Positions 1 to 14,187 of a stretch of 64,000 nucleotides of DNA are shown here, in pieces (the stretch's first letter is position 1; every line of letters starts with the position of its first letter). The notes below the pieces were generated by a model. That model was not told the origin of the DNA. It searched no databases and saw nothing but the letters and a program-made list of their open reading frames with translations. The translations under genes and the position numbers were made by a program. The stretch comes from Epiperipatus broadwayi. Its lineage: Eukaryota > Animalia > Onychophora. The stretch covers positions 9,052,001-9,116,000 of the forward strand of contig JAQFVV010000006.1 of assembly GCA_028023455.1 (NCBI GenBank). Reading direction: 5' to 3'.

Positions 1-720
1 CCAAGAGAGAATGGTGAGAATGTTAGATGAACTGACTTAAATTGCATGTAAATTTGATAGATAAATCTTAGGTTAGTCTATTAAAGATAGATGTAATCAT
101 GAGTCATGTACTTCATTGTGTTGTCTCCAGCATCCTACATGAAGATTCTAGGTCCGACCATGGTCAGATGCGACTTTCTTTTGTCACATCATTGACCATA
201 TTGTTACAGTACTTTGTAACACGTAAAATAAATACACATGTTGTCATAACAAAATTCCAGTTTTTTTGGGTACTCCTCCATGCATGGTTTTGCATTATAT
301 TAATATAGATTTAATTTCAGCAGTAGTGTAACCAGGCAACAAACAATTAAAACTGAAAAGCAAGTAATATCACGTGATCTAATAATACTACTAATAAAAA
401 TCTTTAAATTAATATACGTATTCTAAATATGTCACATATAATTTAGCACAGCGATAAAATGATAAAATATAGAACAGATTTCAAGATTAATTTTCAGCTG
501 AGAAAAGTACAAATCTAATTGGTCAACTCAACCCACCATTTCGGTGCTGGAATATCATGTGCTCTTTTAAAAGCTATCTGTACAAATATTTATTTTTTCA
601 TGAACTTTATTCTTCAACATTTAATTATGAAAAAACATACACGTACAGATCAAATAGCTTGACCTTCATTGCATTTCGCATTTAAGATAAACTGTGGCTT
701 TATTTTTGTTTCTAATATAG

Positions 721-789
721 ATATACAGTGACTGGAGATATCCAAGGCAATATACGCTTTTATGAAGATGGTTTGAGATTGGCTCAGTG
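721..789 (+). CDS. CFAP251: Internal coding exon, WD40 protein similar to cilia/flagella-associated protein 251 (WDR66)
   Basis: Acceptor tttttgtttctaatatag ends at 720; donor TG|gtgaga at 790. Phase 2 to phase 2, reads YTVTGDIQGNIRFYEDGLRLAQ(W). This resembles human CFAP251 [23 protein letters not shown] as recalled from memory, not from a search. Confidence 0.65.
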
Positions 790-1162
790 GTGAGATATCA
801 AATATTAATCTGCTGTTAATAAATTGACTAATTTAACTCTATGTGTGTGCATACATATGTACATTTAAGTCTATTTCACAGAACAAAAGACTACTTTAAT
901 AAGATTCTTTAAATCTTAAAGAGTCACTTAAAAAATAAACCTGTAAATACATCTTTCTTTTCTTACATCAATGCCAACATACAAAATAGGTAGATACATT
1001 TACAGGTTTGATTAAAAAATGACACTTTAAGGGTATGGCTTGCAAAGTATATCTGCAACATATGTGTTCTATGAAATAGACTTATATTTCTAATGTTACA
1101 TATTTGATCAGTGAAAAATCATTTACAAACTCTTATATTGAAATGAAGATTTTCATGGGTTG

Positions 1163-1356
1163 TATATATAAAATACATATTTTGCGGGTTCATCCGTGTT
1201 AAAAATTTTTAATATTAATATTCCGACATTTTGACTTGGTCACACAAGTCATCCACTGGGTGATAAAAGTGGATGACTTGTGTGACCAAGTCGAAATGTC
1301 GGAATATTAAAATTTTTTAACACGGATGAACCCACAAAATGTGTATTTTATATATA
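1163..1356. repeat. ~190-bp fold-back (arms ~90 bp, 10-nt loop) with a degenerate hammerhead-like motif
   Basis: 1163-1257 is the near-perfect reverse complement of 1268-1356. Each arm has GACTTG-tgtgac-CAAGTC-(G/A)AAA-TGTC-GG. Confidence 0.9.
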
Positions 1357-1520
1357 TGCCATCATTGTGAAATATATATATATACATCTGTTTATCTGTG
1401 TATGAAAAATTTAGTCTGAGTGCTTTTGTATAATATAAATATCATGAGTATTATATTTGATATTATGAATTAAAACATATGTTCACCCATGATGTCTTCA
1501 GTTTAGTATATATCGTAACA

Positions 1521-1896
1521 ATCATGTGGTGTTTTATGTCATTTGTAGTTGTTGTGGGTTATTTGCTTTTTTATTTATTTTTATTATTTTATATTTATTT
1601 AAAACATTTTTATTATCTTTTTATATCATTTTTTCTTTCTTTTAGGATATTATATAACAACTATACATTTATATACTTTGTTGTAACCTTTATTGACCTT
1701 AATAGCAATGAACACATGATGTTTTATATCATTTGTGGTGGTTGTGGGTTATTTGATTTATTATTAATTATTATTATTTCATATTTATTTAAAACATCTT
1801 TTATCATCTTTTTATATTATCTTTTCTTTCTTTAAGGCTATTATATAACAACTATACATTTATATACTTTGTTCTAACCTTTATTGACCTTAATAG
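1521..1896. repeat. Tandem duplication, 2 x ~190 bp
   Basis: Both units carry gttgtgggttatttg near the start and end in ttatataacaactatacatttatatactttgtt...ctttattgaccttaatag. The ORF at 1479-1835 is an artefact of this T-rich repeat. Confidence 0.9.
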
Positions 1897-3799
1897 TTTC
1901 CATTAATTGTCACATTGCATTGCTTGCATTAATTTACTTTAATAAATATTGGTAAATTTAAGATGGCTTTGACACCCTATGATCATACCCTCAAGTGGAG
2001 GGGTAGAATATTATTGATAGATTACTTACAACCAGATTGAGACTGCATGAACGTACAAATCCCGATCATTTTTCCTGATCACAGCACCCTTCCATAACTG
2101 TTGGGACTATGCCAATCCTCCAAAGACAATTTTTGTTAGATAAATCTCAGGCACCATCTGGCCATATGAACTTTATATAACTGGAATGCCCAGATGAAAA
2201 GCATAGTGAAAAACAGTGCTTGGAAACTTACCCAGACTAGCTTCCACACTATGAGACAGGGGAACCAGTGCATGAATCAAGGGAACATATCAAGTTTGCC
2301 CAATTCTCTAATTATGGAGATGCAGGGAATATTTAGCAAACCCTTTTTATTCCTATACACACACACACCAATATGTTACTATTTCAATTACACATATATT
2401 TAACACAGCAAAAATATATATAACAATAATTACCAAATAAAATATAGTTTCATTGCATACTTCCATTATATAATTCTGACCTTTGTAATATTAATAGTCC
2501 TTCCTTTATAGCAGTTTATTTGTACTTATTTACAAATAAACATTCAATATATTTATCTAGGTTTTAACTTATGTGTTACATCATCTATTTGTGACAATTT
2601 TATAAAGTCCTTCCATTATGATCCATGGGATTTTAAATTCATGATGCTCCTTATATTCTTCGTGGCTGGCCATTTGTTTGTCAATTATGGTTTCTTTTTC
2701 TTTTCCAGATTTTTGAATGGCAATACGAGAGAAAATCAGTGGCAGAGTCCTGCATTATGGGTGAGGCATGCTGGTGATGGAAGCCAGGGAATGAAGCCTT
2801 GATGAGTACTCCTGTGTTTTTTAGCAGTGCATGGTGTTGTTTAACTGATTATTAGTTAATTATTCATGAACTTAACTCTGCCTTAACTTCAATGCAAATT
2901 TTTTAACTAACTGCCTGAAACACTCAAGCTGGGCAATACTCTTCCTCTCCTATTGTTCATTTTTATTCATTTTGCTTTTAATTTTTAATTAAATGATTAA
3001 TCTTATCTTTTCTTAGATTAATCTACTATCTTATCATTTAGGGATTTTCCAAAATTTAATTGCATTTCTGCGAATGAGATAGTTTACATAGATTACTTTT
3101 CCTTAATTAATTTCTACTTTGAATTACATTTTTATTTTAATTTACATTATATTTTGATATTATATCATTTCTTTTACAACATTAATTCTTTCTTAAAGAT
3201 AAAAAGAAGAGAGCATGGATTCTAAATCTTAACTTAAATCAGATTTTCCTTTCCCCACTCTTGTAATTCAATTAATAAAACTACTTATGGATCTAATTGC
3301 TATTTTAGTTTATTTCTTAAAATTCTTCTCTTTCATTTATTTACTTTTTAATTTTTTTTCATTTCAAACTATAAACACACACATGTAATGCATATATATA
3401 TATATTCTAACCTAATAAAGGAAAGACGATTCCTAATTATATTAGGAAATCCATCCGGAAAAGTATACCCTTCCGTCTACGCTTCTGGTATAGTCCGGTT
3501 AATATAGTCCGGGTAATAAACTTTACCCAATATTAATAATAATAGCTCGCGTTAGGTTAGTTCTACAATAATTCAGCTACAGCGATATGCAGTTCAGACA
3601 GAGATAGAATAAAAAAAAATATCATTAATAAAATAAATTTAACAAGAAAATTTAGAATAAACTAACATTCTTTCTCTATCCAAAACACATTCTCTGGGCT
3701 GTAAGTATGTGCACTGTTCGACAATGATGATGATGATTTTTCATGTCATTGTTAATATTACTGACCAAAATAAAATATTCATTAATTTGCCAATATGAT

Positions 3800-5760
3800 C
3801 TCAATATTTTTGGTTATTATACAATTAGATGTTTCAATCTCTTAAGCCATGCCACGCTTGTAATATTGATCTGAATTTGATCAATTATTAATTTAAGAGC
3901 ACTTATAATAATGACACTAATCTCAGGGTTCTCTGTTATATTTAATAAAATTGCTCGGCAGTATTGTGTTGTCGCATATGACTGACATTCTGGTCGGCTA
4001 TAGGAAACATTTACCTTATTTAAATTCCAGGTGTCTTCATCCACATATCAACTATTATAATATTTAACGAGATGATAACCATATTCAAGAACAACGCATA
4101 ATTTAGAATAATACAGCTTTTAAATCCAGAATCTCAGTCGGAATGATGAAAAGACAAGGGTGCTTTTGTGTCCTTCCATTATCCATGACAACACAATAAT
4201 TTAAATAAGATTTATTACTTAGATACTTCCTTACATGGATATTCAACAATGTGCAACCAAAAATAGTAGTTTGGGAATAAAGTGATTTTACACACATATA
4301 AAATAAAATAAAATGTCTTGGTCTGAAGTTTTCAATTCCATAAATAATTCTTCTTAAAATATAATATAATGGAATATTTTGATCTGCTTACAATTGTCTA
4401 TCTGGTGTTTTGGATTAAGATTTCATAAATGACTTTGGACTCAAGAAAGTATTGCAAGTATTATGCCAATACACTTTTATTTAGCACATAAGAAAAATGA
4501 CTCAAAACAACTTGTAATAAGACGATAATTTATTATTAACTTATAACAAAATTCTAATTTTTTATTATGGTTTAACAAAAATATCTTTTATGATTAAAAT
4601 AATAAACAAACATATACAATTTATTTGATCCCATATGGATAAAACAAAATATAACTAATATTAATTCGTCTATACTTTTAGACTTGGATTCGAACTACCT
4701 CTTCATCTTCTATTTACATTTATGTAAAATTGAATATAACCAACTACATAGTATTATCGATACATTAACTCATTCGTTTAGTGTATCCTATATGAACGGT
4801 TACTTAAATTTACTGACTAACGATCTGTTTTAAAACAAAATTAATCTGATTCTAGGCAATGCGTACAAACGATTTTTGTTATTATATCTTTAATCAAATG
4901 ATAGTTTTTATTTAGATAATTTATTATAATTTATGGGTTACATATCAGAATTTACACTTATTATTTTAGTGTTTACCTTAATAACAACTGAAGTTGTTAT
5001 ACACACTGTTTTTCTCAGTATAAGTTATATTGTGAGTGCTACTTAATCATTAACCTGAATTAAACTTAGTATTTGAACCCTCTATTGGCAAATGAAAATT
5101 TTTAATCACGCAATTTTAAAACTTACTCTCTCCATTGACTTATGTGTGGATTACCAGTACTATTCCGCCGCACAATTCAGACATTGATCATATATACTAG
5201 CACGCTATTTATACTAAATGGAGCTTGAGGAATTAACCTCCAATATACCCGTTAATCTTGCCATAACTTTCTAAACAAACCCAATATTCAACACCTTCCT
5301 TGGCCGAATTATCTCTATCTTCTCATGAGGAATAAGGAGTAACACCGAAGGGCAGTAGAGTTAACTACTATATTAAAATAGTTTGGTGGGTCCTTGCCTC
5401 TTAATTGGGCATAATAGGAGCACACACCAAATATAATCCTCTCCTGGGATATTAACGAATGAAATACCCTAAATACTATATAAAGTACTGATCGTCCTAC
5501 TCTGAGAAGCGATCAATTGGGTTATGAACATACCCGAATACTAGATTTATCTATTCCCCTCATGGAAAATAAAGCTTTTGGGGAGATTATTTTCTATCCC
5601 ACAAAATAGATACATTACAATTATTAGTTAGGCGCATATTAAGGGGCAAGACAAGCAAATACACTAATTACACTAAATTTATGTTCCGGGGTATACTTAG
5701 ATCAGCGTCTGATATCAATGGATATCACAGAATACAATAATAATTTTCACTTTTGCCAAA
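3800..5760 (-). mobile_element. Heavily decayed non-LTR retrotransposon remnant (possibly with RNase H)
   Basis: Fragmentary minus-strand frames with weak resemblance to LINE RT C-terminus and RNase H (VAWLK...H). Many stops and frameshifts; boundaries approximate. Confidence 0.3.
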
Positions 5761-8700
5761 GAAATATTCAACAAATAATAGGAAGTATAGTATTTTGAAC
5801 TAAACCAAGTGAATGCATTAATAAAAAAAATAATTGGGAATAAGTTCCTTAATTAACATAGTATAAATTTGTTTCATACTTTAAATAAGTAATATTTTGT
5901 ATAGCACTTCTCTTTAATTACTTCTGATAATTTTAACTAGATATTTGCCTATTGAGTATCTAACATCTAAATTTATACTCATAATTGCATGTCATAAGTA
6001 AACACATTTAAAAAAAAATTTTTTTTTTTTATGTCAAATATAAATTTAACCTAGAATAATTACAGGAAAACATACCTTTATGATTACAAGGTCATTTGAA
6101 TATTAATTGGATACAGCCTTTAACCTGCTGATATAAAAAAAAATACACATAATTTTACAAATTAGTAAAAAAAAATCATTACTTAACAAGTGCGTATAAT
6201 ATCACTAAAAAAAAATGTTTTCCGTTGGGCACTTTATCCAGATGAAGAACTTGATCTATTCGTAGTTCACGAAGCAAATTTAAACAAGAAACACATTTTA
6301 TTATTTCATTTATAAAAAAGTTGCCTTCATTCGGGTGCACGTAATAGTAGGCAAAGAAAACATAGCAGCGTGGATTTTAATTCTTTCTTGAATTAACTGC
6401 TATAATTATGGGATCCAAGAAAACAATACAGATTTTAACATTACAAATATTGGACGATAAACGATCACATATACAATTCCTTTCTTTTACGATTGGCGAT
6501 ACGTATCATTTTTAGCTAGCTGGTTTATGAATAAAAGAATGCGCGAATTTTCCAAAATATTATTATTATTGACTGCAGCTGACTTACGTGGATATAAAGT
6601 TTTAATGACTCCAATTCATGTATAATATAACATATTATCTTATGGTTATAATTATGTCACTAATGTTTATAATTTTTATTCCTACTCTAGGAATTATAAT
6701 TTTTCTTTACTATGGAATTCTCCGTAAATGCACACATACAAATTTTCCGCTATTTGCCTTGAGAAAATTTATATTTCTTTTTAAAAAATATACAGGTGCA
6801 TAAGTAAATATCATTTATTATTTATATTATTTCTCAATAATTTTTTAGTGAATAAAATAGATTTTAACGTGGGGAACTTGCATTATTTTCTAAAGCAGAC
6901 AATTGCTGTTAGAAAGAGCGCGAAACTTTTGGTTAACTTTCCTTGGCTTTTATAATATGTCTTTTAATTCTAGTTTTTCTTTTATACCATGAAAAGATTA
7001 TTAAATAAGGTAAAGTCAACAAATAATTGATTATTTCCTGGAAATTACTTATATTGCTTAGTTTAACTATAATGATATTTTCCGTGATCGCTGTAGTCAA
7101 TACGGTGATCTCGAACTTTAGCATAAGATAGCACATTTTGAGTATAAAAAGCTTTAAAATAGGTAGAGCAATAGAAGCTTATGGATGTCCTATCAAAATA
7201 TTTTAGCTAGACATGATATTGTTAAAATGTTACTTGAATTATATTTATTTCTGCAATAAAAATATAAAAATTTGTTACCGAATTTCAGCACTGCTTCCAC
7301 TTGTAAAACTTATGTCAGACTAGATTTTCTACAAAGTTTCGCGGTCTTCTTTTAGCGACCTCTGACAGAAAAATCGTTATTTAATTATACATAAACAAAA
7401 GAAAAGGGAAAAAAGAAAAACTTATTACAGTTATATATTTCTGTATGATTTAAATGGATTACAAGATAATTTGACAAATAATGAAAAATAATAAATATCT
7501 TTAACTAATAATGCTTATTAGTGATGTATCATTCTGTATACATTATTATCTAAATAATTTTAAAAAAAAATTATCAGAAGTTATTGTGCTTTATGATAAG
7601 ACACTCATCTACTCTCCCCTCTACCCATCCAAAATCAATTACTGTTTATGAGATGTGCTTTTATACTATATTAAAGTGCTCTTATTGTTAATAATTTCAA
7701 CTAAATTATTTATGCTCTTCTTCAAAATGACATTGGATTACCAAATTTTTTAGTTATTTGCTTAATAATACGTTACAGTGAGTAAATAGCCTATTTTATT
7801 AATCACTTAATATTATTATTATTTTACTTTTTATTTCCTAGAAAAGGATTGCATTGTTTTCCTGTGGAAATAATGCTAAATAAACCAAGTGTCAATAACA
7901 CTAGGTTACAATATATATAAGTGAGTGTTACAGGAATATATATATTATAACGATCGGGAAGATGATTGAAGCTAGCAGTCTTACCATATCTGCACTACAA
8001 GGGTGCCATCTAGGCATTTGAACCTTGACAATTTATATAGTAGGCAGATACATACTGTTAAGATCTTATTTTACATATATTTTTATTCCGACTGTTAACT
8101 CATTGGCACTAGCACAGTGAGACGCAGAGATTTATAAATCAGAAAATATTTTAAATATAAAATATTATATAAAATAAGCCACTGCCAGTAATTAACACAC
8201 AAACATTTATTTATGCACATATATATAAAATTTAGCATTATTATTTTAGTATGTTTACTTTAGCATTTAACTACATTTTTTAACTTTTATTTTGAAGTTC
8301 ACACAGATGAATTTAATAATTTATTTAAGTGTCGAGTATGAATAAACTACATAGATTGCATTTGAAAAGAAAAATATTTTATCCCTGATTTAACCTTAGG
8401 CCAAAAGTTCACAGTCAAAACCAATGCCAATCTATCTGATATATTGATGTATTCAATGTAGCATGAATACGACAGCACAAAATGACATACTGTCAGGAAT
8501 GTACATCTGAACAGCATGGTTAATAGATGACATAGACTCTCGACCAAATAGGAATGGTACATCTATTGGAAGAAGAACAATAAAAAAACTCCATAGGAAG
8601 GGACTGCGTTTTCTGTCTTACTATCCCTTCTATAGGCAAAAAGAGTGGGTGCGGCATATAAAATGATCCTGCCCGTAGCGAATCTCATACTACATCTACT

Positions 8701-9983
8701 AATTACACCAATATATCCAATCCATTGACCCAATTTAACTACAAAATAAATAACCTAAGATTTACTCTCCCTTAAACTAACATAACATCACAAATCTATG
8801 CAGCCATTCACACCTGACTTAAATTTATCATTTATTACAAGTTGTTTAACAAAAAAAAAAATCATAATTAAACTTAAAAAAAAAAATTAAATGGAAATGA
8901 TTAAAAACAAAAAATACATCAAATAACATTATTAATATTAATTTACATTGGTCAGATAGGATTCTATTTGTATTAAATTCTGAAAGGTTTAGAATTTAGA
9001 GTTATTGTTTTGAAAAATGTTCTTAAAGTTCTTACGGTTTTAAAAGGTTCAACTTTATCCATTGCTTGCCATTTGAACGTGAAATCCCATGCCATCCTAA
9101 AGAGATTGGTATTCTGTTGGCCATTTTATTTATTAATCTTAATCCGGAGGTTTTTTACTTTAGCTGGTCCTCAATGTAAAAAATGATTTGTCATTTCTCT
9201 CCCCCCCTTTTTTTAGCAAAACTGAAGGGATTGAAGAGTGCATCTTTTCAATCCCTTTTCCTTCAACTCCGCACTAACACATATCACCACTGCTATCACA
9301 CATCTCTGTCTTCTCTTAATTTTTCTTCACTCACTTTTTATGGTAGACTTTCGGAACCAGAGAACATTACGTCACGATGATGGTGATGGTCCTTTTGCTG
9401 AAGTCCGATTCCCTGATGGATTTCTTTCATTGGCCATTCTGTTCCTATTGTTTTTCCTCTTCTATATGACCTTTGCTTATGCATTTTGAAATGCCCAAGG
9501 GCTAGCTTACTTTTACTAATTAAAAATAATAATTTCCATTTTATACAATAGAATTAATTAAATTATTTTGCAAACTTAAAAGATATATTTTTATCTCTAA
9601 ATCTTTTTAAGTTTTTGCTTTTAAAATACTTTTTCTCTTTTTAATAAAGTTTTATTTTAATAATTTTTTTCATCTGTGTGATTTTATATATATACGAGTT
9701 TAAGATAGAATTAATTTTCAATTTTTATGTTTTTTTTAAAAAAAGAAGTTTTTAAATGCGAACTTTTCAATGTCTCAATTTTTAAAAAAAATAATGTAAC
9801 AGCGTATATGCCCGTTACAATATATATATATAAGAGCATTACAATATATATAAAAATCCATGACATCTTCACTTTAATGTATACACCCGGGTCTCATTTG
9901 ATGCGGATTTATTTAATGTGATTTTGAAGTTATGCGATTCATGTTTCTTCTTAATATTTTTGTATGCTGTTTTCTTTTATGTG

Positions 9984-10113
9984 ATAAAAGTTATTAGATC
10001 AGAAGTCGAGCTCTGATAATGCAGTATTACTTTAAATATTATAAATTTCGCACACTTGCACATCATATTTAAAGTAACAGTACATTATCAGAGTTCAACT
10101 TCCATCTAATAAT
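9984..10113. repeat. Small fold-back inside the Tigger element
   Basis: ttattagatcagaagtcgagctctgataatgcagtattactttaaatat is inverted as atatttaaagtaacagtacattatcagagttcaacttccatctaataa. Confidence 0.8.
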
Positions 10114-10389
10114 TTCAATATTTTCAGCACTTTATAATTGTACTGTAATTAGATTTTATGAAATAAAGAAGTTCATAATTCACTTAAAATCAGGATTTCC
10201 CCATTTTATACACACACATTAAATTTTAGAAGATTATAATGTAAATCTGTTCAAACATTATAGATGCCTATACTATGCATGTTGTTGTTTTTGCATTTTA
10301 AATCACATTCTATTTTTGCTTTTTAAAAAAAGAGTACATAATCAATTAATCATTTAGTGTCCACAAGTTTATTTTTAAAAGGTGAGTAA

Positions 10390-10604
10390 CAGTGGTGGGC
10401 ACAATTAAATTTGACAATTAAAAATTAAAATCTGATTTTTAATTGTAATTAACAATTTAAAAATTACATAATGTGATCTGAAATTAATTTGATGTGAAAC
10501 AATGAAATTTGATTTTTAAATGGAATTGAAAATTAAAAAATTAAAGACAAAAATAAGAATTTAATTTTTAATTGTTAGTTTTAATTAAATTTTGCCCAAC
10601 AGTG
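10390..10604. mobile_element. hAT-type MITE nested in the Tigger element
   Basis: Termini cagtggtgggca...tgcccaacagtg with AT-rich sub-terminal inverted repeats. 8-bp TSD gtgagtaa (10382-10389) / gtgagtag (10605-10612). Confidence 0.8.
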
Positions 10605-12702
10605 GTGAGTAGGTGTCTTTTTATTATCATAAGTCTAAGTTCTTATTTTTATTTTAAACTTTTAGTTTACCCTAATGGAGAGGAAAAAACACCCAAGAAA
10701 ATGAATTTCTTTGGAAACAAAAATTTCAATTTTAGATCGCTTAGCAAAATGGGAAGGATCAACAGCAATTGGAAAACATTTTATTTTGGGCGAGTTCACT
10801 ATAAGAGCAATTAAAAAAATGAAGTTGGCACTAGTTGTATTTCCTCTTGTGATGAATCTGATGTCTTACTAATTCACAAACGAATCTGCATATCATCAAA
10901 TAGCGATAATGATTAAAATACTGTACATGTATGAAAAAATGTAAAATACTGTAAATTACGCATAAAAATATATTGTTTTGAATAAAATTAAATACTGTAG
11001 TTAATAAAAAAGTAAAAAAGCTTGTCTTGTGTCATTTCTGTTCAAATTTGAAATTTTTTATTAGTCATATTTTATTTCCTTATTTTTTTTTATGTGAATT
11101 TTAAAGTAATTTTACATTATTGCTTTGCTTTTATGCGATTTTTGAAAATTACAGCACCTATCCCCCATTTTTCAAGGTAAGTTGTCTATTTTTGTGCGAT
11201 TTCTTTTGTGCACATTTTCTGAGGAACCTATCTACCGCATAAAATGAGACCCAGGTGTATATATATATATACCCAATATATTATTGCAGAAAATAAAATA
11301 TATAATTATATCGACATCACAAATCAGAACATATATGATCACCCTAGTGTTTTCAGTTTAGTATATACATAAAGATAGCTTATTGCAGATAATTTTATGA
11401 GAAAAAGTGATATTTATTTATATTTTTTGTGCAATATATTCCAGTGTAATCATATAACAATTCTTAAGAGGTTTATGAAATGTTTTCCAATACAAACTAC
11501 AGTCCAATAATACATTAAAATATACAAAATGTGTCATTGTGAACTTAACTACTGCTATGAGGATATGGACCTAATACATTGTTAAAATATATTACGCTAT
11601 TAATATAAATACAATGATGTTTTTTTTCTCTCAGTGATGAAAGTTTATTCATCAAAAAAGGTACAAACACAGTTAAATAAAGAATGGTAAAAATGAAATT
11701 CAGGAGCAACATGGTGAAAGGGGAAGGATACATATGAAAAGGGAAAGTGATGTGGAAAGGGTGTGTATTAACCATTAAAGACAAATGAATGTTACAATTA
11801 GGAAATATTTGTAAAGTCTAGACTTTAAATATGAGTAGCATTTTAGGAGCACAATATTGAAAAATCCAATTTGCGATGGATAAGTTGATAATAGGAAAAC
11901 ATTTGGAGATAACAACATCGGAAATAAAAATTTAAATAGGGTGAATCACTTGCAATTAAAATCATTAGGCCAAACTGCGGTTTACTTTGCAATAATACTC
12001 GGATAAAATCGTTTATAACAATAATGCTAAAACCGCTATGAATAGCATTTTTTTTCTTTTTGTGAATGAGGAAATCAACATTGGCAACAGTCCCCACAGC
12101 ACCCTCATCCTAGCCTCCCTCAAAAGAATCACGATTTAGGTCTCTGGGGCACGTCCCAACAACCAGACTCTCAGCAGCAAAGTTGATTGTAATGAAAATT
12201 TTAAATACAACGATGTTTGCTTTTAAAAATGTACTTTTATACATGATTAAGAGAAAATTTTGGAAAGAGAAATTGGATTACACATATATTAAGGACAAAT
12301 AATAGTTTAAAGAAGGATGTTTTGGAGGCAATGATAAATAGAAATACGAAGAAAAGGTGGAGAAGACTGACCAAACTGAATAATATGAGGTGGAAAGAGA
12401 TATGTGGATTTAAAGATGTCGACAGTGAACAGAATAGAATGAAGAAATAGATGAATTGCTATGTCACTGGACCTGAAACATCATTAATTGATTCAAGTAT
12501 TATTTATATTAAGATCATAGGAAATCATTTACCCATTAAACCACAAGGCTATAGCGGATCTGCTAACATATCTGGGCATTAATAGGATCCATACAACTAG
12601 AATATGAGGAGATTGACACTTAACAATTTGTTGGTGGGAAAAAATCTTTAAAAAATAAAAAGATATATATACTAAAATGACATATTTTTTTCTTTTTTTT
12701 AG

Positions 12703-12771
12703 GTTCAAAAATATCGTTCATGATCCAATACAGACTATAGATTTTACGCAGCCGCCGAAGAAACGCATAGA
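12703..12771 (+). CDS. CFAP251: Next coding exon of the CFAP251-like gene
   Basis: Long polypyrimidine tract plus ag at 12701-12702; donor GA|gtaagt at 12772. Its first G completes the split TG|G (Trp) of exon 721-789, then FKNIVHDPIQTIDFTQPPKKRI, consistent with the W-x7-(A/P)I-x2-(L/I)-x-F pattern that follows in CFAP251. Confidence 0.6.
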
Positions 12772-13360
12772 GTAAGTATATATTTATATAAATTTATTTG
12801 ATAGTGCGTATTTTGTTTTACTAGCCTTTGTTTTTCAAATGTAAAAGTATGTCTTTAATTGGAAAACTATATACACGCATAGGCTTAGACACACACATAT
12901 ATATATATGTAGATAAAGGTAAACTAGTTTAAAGAAGCCTAAACAATTGTAGAGATGGGTGTAAAGCTTACTGTTTAATTTCAAAGTTGGCAAATGGGAT
13001 CAAAAACATTTTATTGGGTAATTAAATTTATTTTTGTGATCAAGACTCTACATCCATTAATTGAGATCTAGGGTTTTAATTAGAATATTTAAAGAGATTT
13101 TTAATATTTAGTTCAATCCACGAGTTAAATCTTAGATATTTAAAATACAATATACTCACATGCCATATTTAATGAAAATGATTTAATTGTTTTAAGAAAT
13201 AACAACATGAAAAATTCATAATAATAATAAGCACACTAACTCTTATAAGATCTTGTTAAGGTAACAAATATGTGCATATACCGGTGACCCCAATACATGC
13301 ATTTAAGGCATCATGCAAAGTTTTTGAGTAGCTTAAATAATATATTACGTTTTGATATAA

Positions 13361-13461
13361 AAGTATGAGAAGAGAAGCTAAAGATCGGAGAAGATGGATT
13401 GAACTTGGAGAGACCTTCATCCTGCAGTGGATTGATAATGGTTGTTGTTGATGATGATGAT
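13361..13461 (+). mobile_element. 3' tail of RTE-clade LINE
   Basis: gctaaagatcggagaagatgg...ggagagaccttcatcctgcagtggattgataatgg plus (GAT)n tail, nearly identical to the 3' end of the RTE copy at 50108-50190 (reverse). Confidence 0.8.
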
Positions 13462-14187
13462 AAAAAAAGTATGTAAATAGAAGGATTCGAATTCAGGATT
13501 TTTCAGTCTATTTATTCTTCTTGAGTTCAGATCATTCTATTTACATATATAAAAACATTCAGTATAAACAAATTATACTCTTCCTTAGAATTATATTAAA
13601 GTAAGTTTTTTTTGGGTATTTATATTTCAGAGTATCATTTCTAAAAGGTATATATCATTGAAAAGATTTTACTTCTAATAGTATTTAAACGAAAATTACT
13701 CTCTAATAAACAACTATAATTTATAAAGATTGGTTTGCTGTTGCCACTGTGCGAATTGGGGCTTTGCTAAAATGGTGGAGTCTGGTTTAAAACCATGACC
13801 TATGACTCAGCCTAGTCATCCTTAGCGTTCAAACGTTATATAAAATCCCAAACCATAAATCAAGTGATCATTAGTAATGAATTGCTACTAAAGAATAAAA
13901 AAAAAACCAAGTTTGATTGTTACTATGACAACACCAATTCAAAGATAAAGGGATGGTTCAAATATTCTGATTCTTACATTGCATTGATTACAATTTGATT
14001 TTGCGATTAAATAGCATCCGTGTAGAATATGAAACCAAAGTTCAGCATTTTAAATTTAAAAAAAGGTTTTTTATATTGATATAATTAGTATCACTGTATA
14101 TATATATATATTGAGAAGCCAGAATCTTCCAGAAATAATAGTATGAAATCATTTATTCATGAGAATATTATAATATATATATCCTTG

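Larger units (their letters stand above)
9884..11257 (+). mobile_element. Internally deleted Tigger/pogo DNA transposon
   Basis: 23-bp TIRs cacccgggtctcatttgatgcgg / ccgcataaaatgagacccaggtg, flanked by TA. Internal 10726-10820 reads SILDRLAKWEGSTAIGKHFILGEFTIRAIKK, a CENP-B-type N-terminal HTH. Confidence 0.85.

Noticed and set aside
1-308. Upstream CFAP251 exon or 69-aa ORF
   Set aside because: No donor with a phase compatible with exon 721 gave a convincing peptide.
2030-2340. Gypsy integrase remnant (TAPFH..., LPHYETGEP)
   Set aside because: Motif resemblance too weak to annotate.
10000-10045. CTGATAA in the 9984-10113 hairpin as a hammerhead
   Set aside because: No helix II followed by GAAA.
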